This document shows, in pieces, positions 62,308 to 64,000 of a DNA stretch of 64,000 nucleotides. Made by a program: the position numbers and the translations under genes. The notes beneath the pieces were generated by a model. The model saw only the letters and a list, made by a program, of their open reading frames with translations. It did not search any database and had not been told where the DNA came from. The stretch spans positions 992,001-1,056,000 of the forward strand of contig OZ210884.1 in assembly GCA_964658305.1 (NCBI GenBank), in the 5' to 3' direction. Source of the stretch: Leptogorgia sarmentosa (lineage: Eukaryota). Within the stretch, counting starts at the first letter, position 1, and every line of letters begins with the position of its first letter.

Positions 62308-63880
62308 CAGTGGCGGCGCCAGGGGGGGGGGCAAGGGGGGGCAAATGCCCCCCCCCCCCCCAAATTATTTTCTGCCCCCCATTTTGCCCCCCTAAATTAT
62401 TAGTGACTGAGAGCGACTAAAGGCTACACAAGCCTGCATCCATGCGACCAAGTCGGATCTAAATTTGCGGAATTTTTAAATCCTTTAAACTTAGCATTTT
62501 CGGAACTCTGTAAAGCTGTCAAAATTGCTATGACCCTTCCGGTTAGTACTGCGGGATGGGAAAGAACATTTAGCAAATTAAAAATAATCAAAAACCATTT
62601 AAGAACCAGAATGTCCAACTCTAGGTTAATATTCTTAACAGTAATCAGCATTTACAGAAAAAGACCACTAAGTATTGATTTGGAAAAGGTTGTGGATAGG
62701 TTTATTCAAAAGTTTCCGAGGTGCCGAATTATACACTTGTCTAAATGGCATTAAAATTTGTTATACACTATAGCCGTAAAAGTGTATTTAAAAATGTTAA
62801 GTTTACATTATGTTTGTTCACATTGTTGACTAATAACTGTAACGAAGTTGATATCTGTTAAAATAATAAAAATTATGCATAAAAGAACGATTATTTTGTG
62901 TCATCATACATATTTAATAACGGCATGGGCAAATAACAGTACCATTAAAAATTCTATTTTGCCCCCCCAAAATATGACTTTGCCCCTCAAATGCCCCCCC
63001 AAATTCTGAGGCCTGGCGCCGCTGCAATTTTCCGTTTCGTAAACCGCCAGGGTCACCAGTTACAATCAGTGTCACCACTTTTAACATACGTCACATCCGG
63101 CTTTAAATTTAGTAATACATGAAGTCAATTTATTCTTATAAATTAAACTAAACCCAAACGCTAAAGCTAAGCCTAACCTTATAACAGTCTAACTCTAAAC
63201 ACTAAAAGCAGTTTAGAGTTTTAAAAAAATAGGCACGCACGATGCGTGCATGCGTCTACGTTGATGCCTTGCATTTGAAATTTGCCGCATTCATGATCAG
63301 TATAATACAAATATAATACAAGTATAATCCCACGAAATCAGCTGCAAGTAAGGATGATTAGCACACATCACTTACACATATCACTTACTAAATAGTAAAT
63401 GAAAACCCCGTTTAGAAATCGCTTTACAGAAGCATGGAAATTAGTCCTTCGAATGAACGCACACTTGCGAACCACGCCACAGTAAATCGCATACGTCACG
63501 AGTTAATTTGCTGAAAGTTCGATACATCATTGGTAAAGATAACAACGTTTGCGTGTTAGTGTTTAGCTTGAGAGCTCGTGACGTCAAAATACGTCATATT
63601 AGTTGTTGAAACATAGCCAACCAGAAATTTTACGCTTACATAGTCTCTACGTAGCTCCACTTTAGCTACGTCGAGTACAGCACGCATACCAAACACGCTA
63701 GCAGTTTGCTCGCTAAAAATCGGCTAAAGAGCGGTTATTTATAAGAATAAATGGACTTCATGTATTACTAAGTTTTTTATCCGGCTTTAGCCGGATGTGA
63801 CGTATGTTAAAAGTGGTGACACTGATTGTAACTGGTGACCCTGGCGGTTTACGAAACGGAAAATTGCGGCGCCGCCACTG
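62308..63880 (+). mobile_element. Internally deleted hAT transposon carrying the C-terminal dimerization domain
   Basis: TIR cagtggcggcgcc / ggcgccgccactg, exact 8-bp TSD gcagcaac (62300-62307, 63881-63888), and ORF TLPVSTAGWERTFSKLKIIKNHLRTRMSNSRL (hATC signature). Confidence 0.92.
63024..63867. mobile_element. Non-autonomous long-TIR element (Mutator-like) nested in the hAT right end
   Basis: Perfect 79-bp TIRs (63024-63102 / 63789-63867) starting with G, flanked by ggcgccgct / ggcgccgcc (9-bp TSD, one mismatch). Confidence 0.85.
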
Positions 63881-63902
63881 GCAGCAACGATAATCTCACT
63901 GC

Positions 63903-64000
63903 CTAAACGAAAAAACAGATTCGACGTTTCGACCTAATAAACCTACTAATTCCCGACGAAGGCCCTTCGATCGAAACGTCGAATCTGTTTTATCGTTTAG
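63903..64000 (+). mobile_element. Penelope-like inverted terminal fragment with degenerate hammerhead
   Basis: 30-bp inverted repeat (63903-63932 / 63971-64000) overlapping auuc-CCGACGA-aggcccuucgauc-GAAA-c-GUC-gaau. Cut off by the window edge. Confidence 0.55.

Overview
AT-rich, intron- and repeat-rich animal genomic DNA. The gene and repeat content suggests a cnidarian (anthozoan/octocoral-like), which is inference and was not checked. It is not prokaryotic, and I see no CRISPR array, rRNA or genuine tRNA. Host genes were spliced by hand: (1) the 5' ~1,370 codons (18 phase-compatible exons, minus strand, 33214->343, running off the left edge) of an RNF213/mysterin-like gene, with two tandem zinc-ribbon exons, a duplicated acidic exon, a GC-AG intron and a GAS/IRF-motif-rich upstream region; (2) a complete 7-exon ELOVL fatty-acid elongase (minus, 40443->34742); (3) a 2-exon secreted PI-PLC X-domain-like protein (plus, 49108-51385); (4) a 2-exon BTB-BACK protein resembling plant POB1/LRB (minus, 59660->56916). 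There are also two broken tandem rhodopsin-class GPCR copies and a LicD-like fragment. Introns and intergenic DNA hold a decayed DIRS retrotransposon, Penelope-like fragments with type I hammerhead ribozymes, Gypsy and Harbinger remnants, SINE heads and many MITEs with identifiable TIRs and TSDs. I cannot demonstrate a wholly new biological system. The best leads are the intronic hammerheads, the interferon-style promoter and modular N-terminus of the RNF213-like gene, the plant-like BTB protein, and a recurring GAA-triloop hairpin apex across several repeat families. All exon boundaries are manual predictions.
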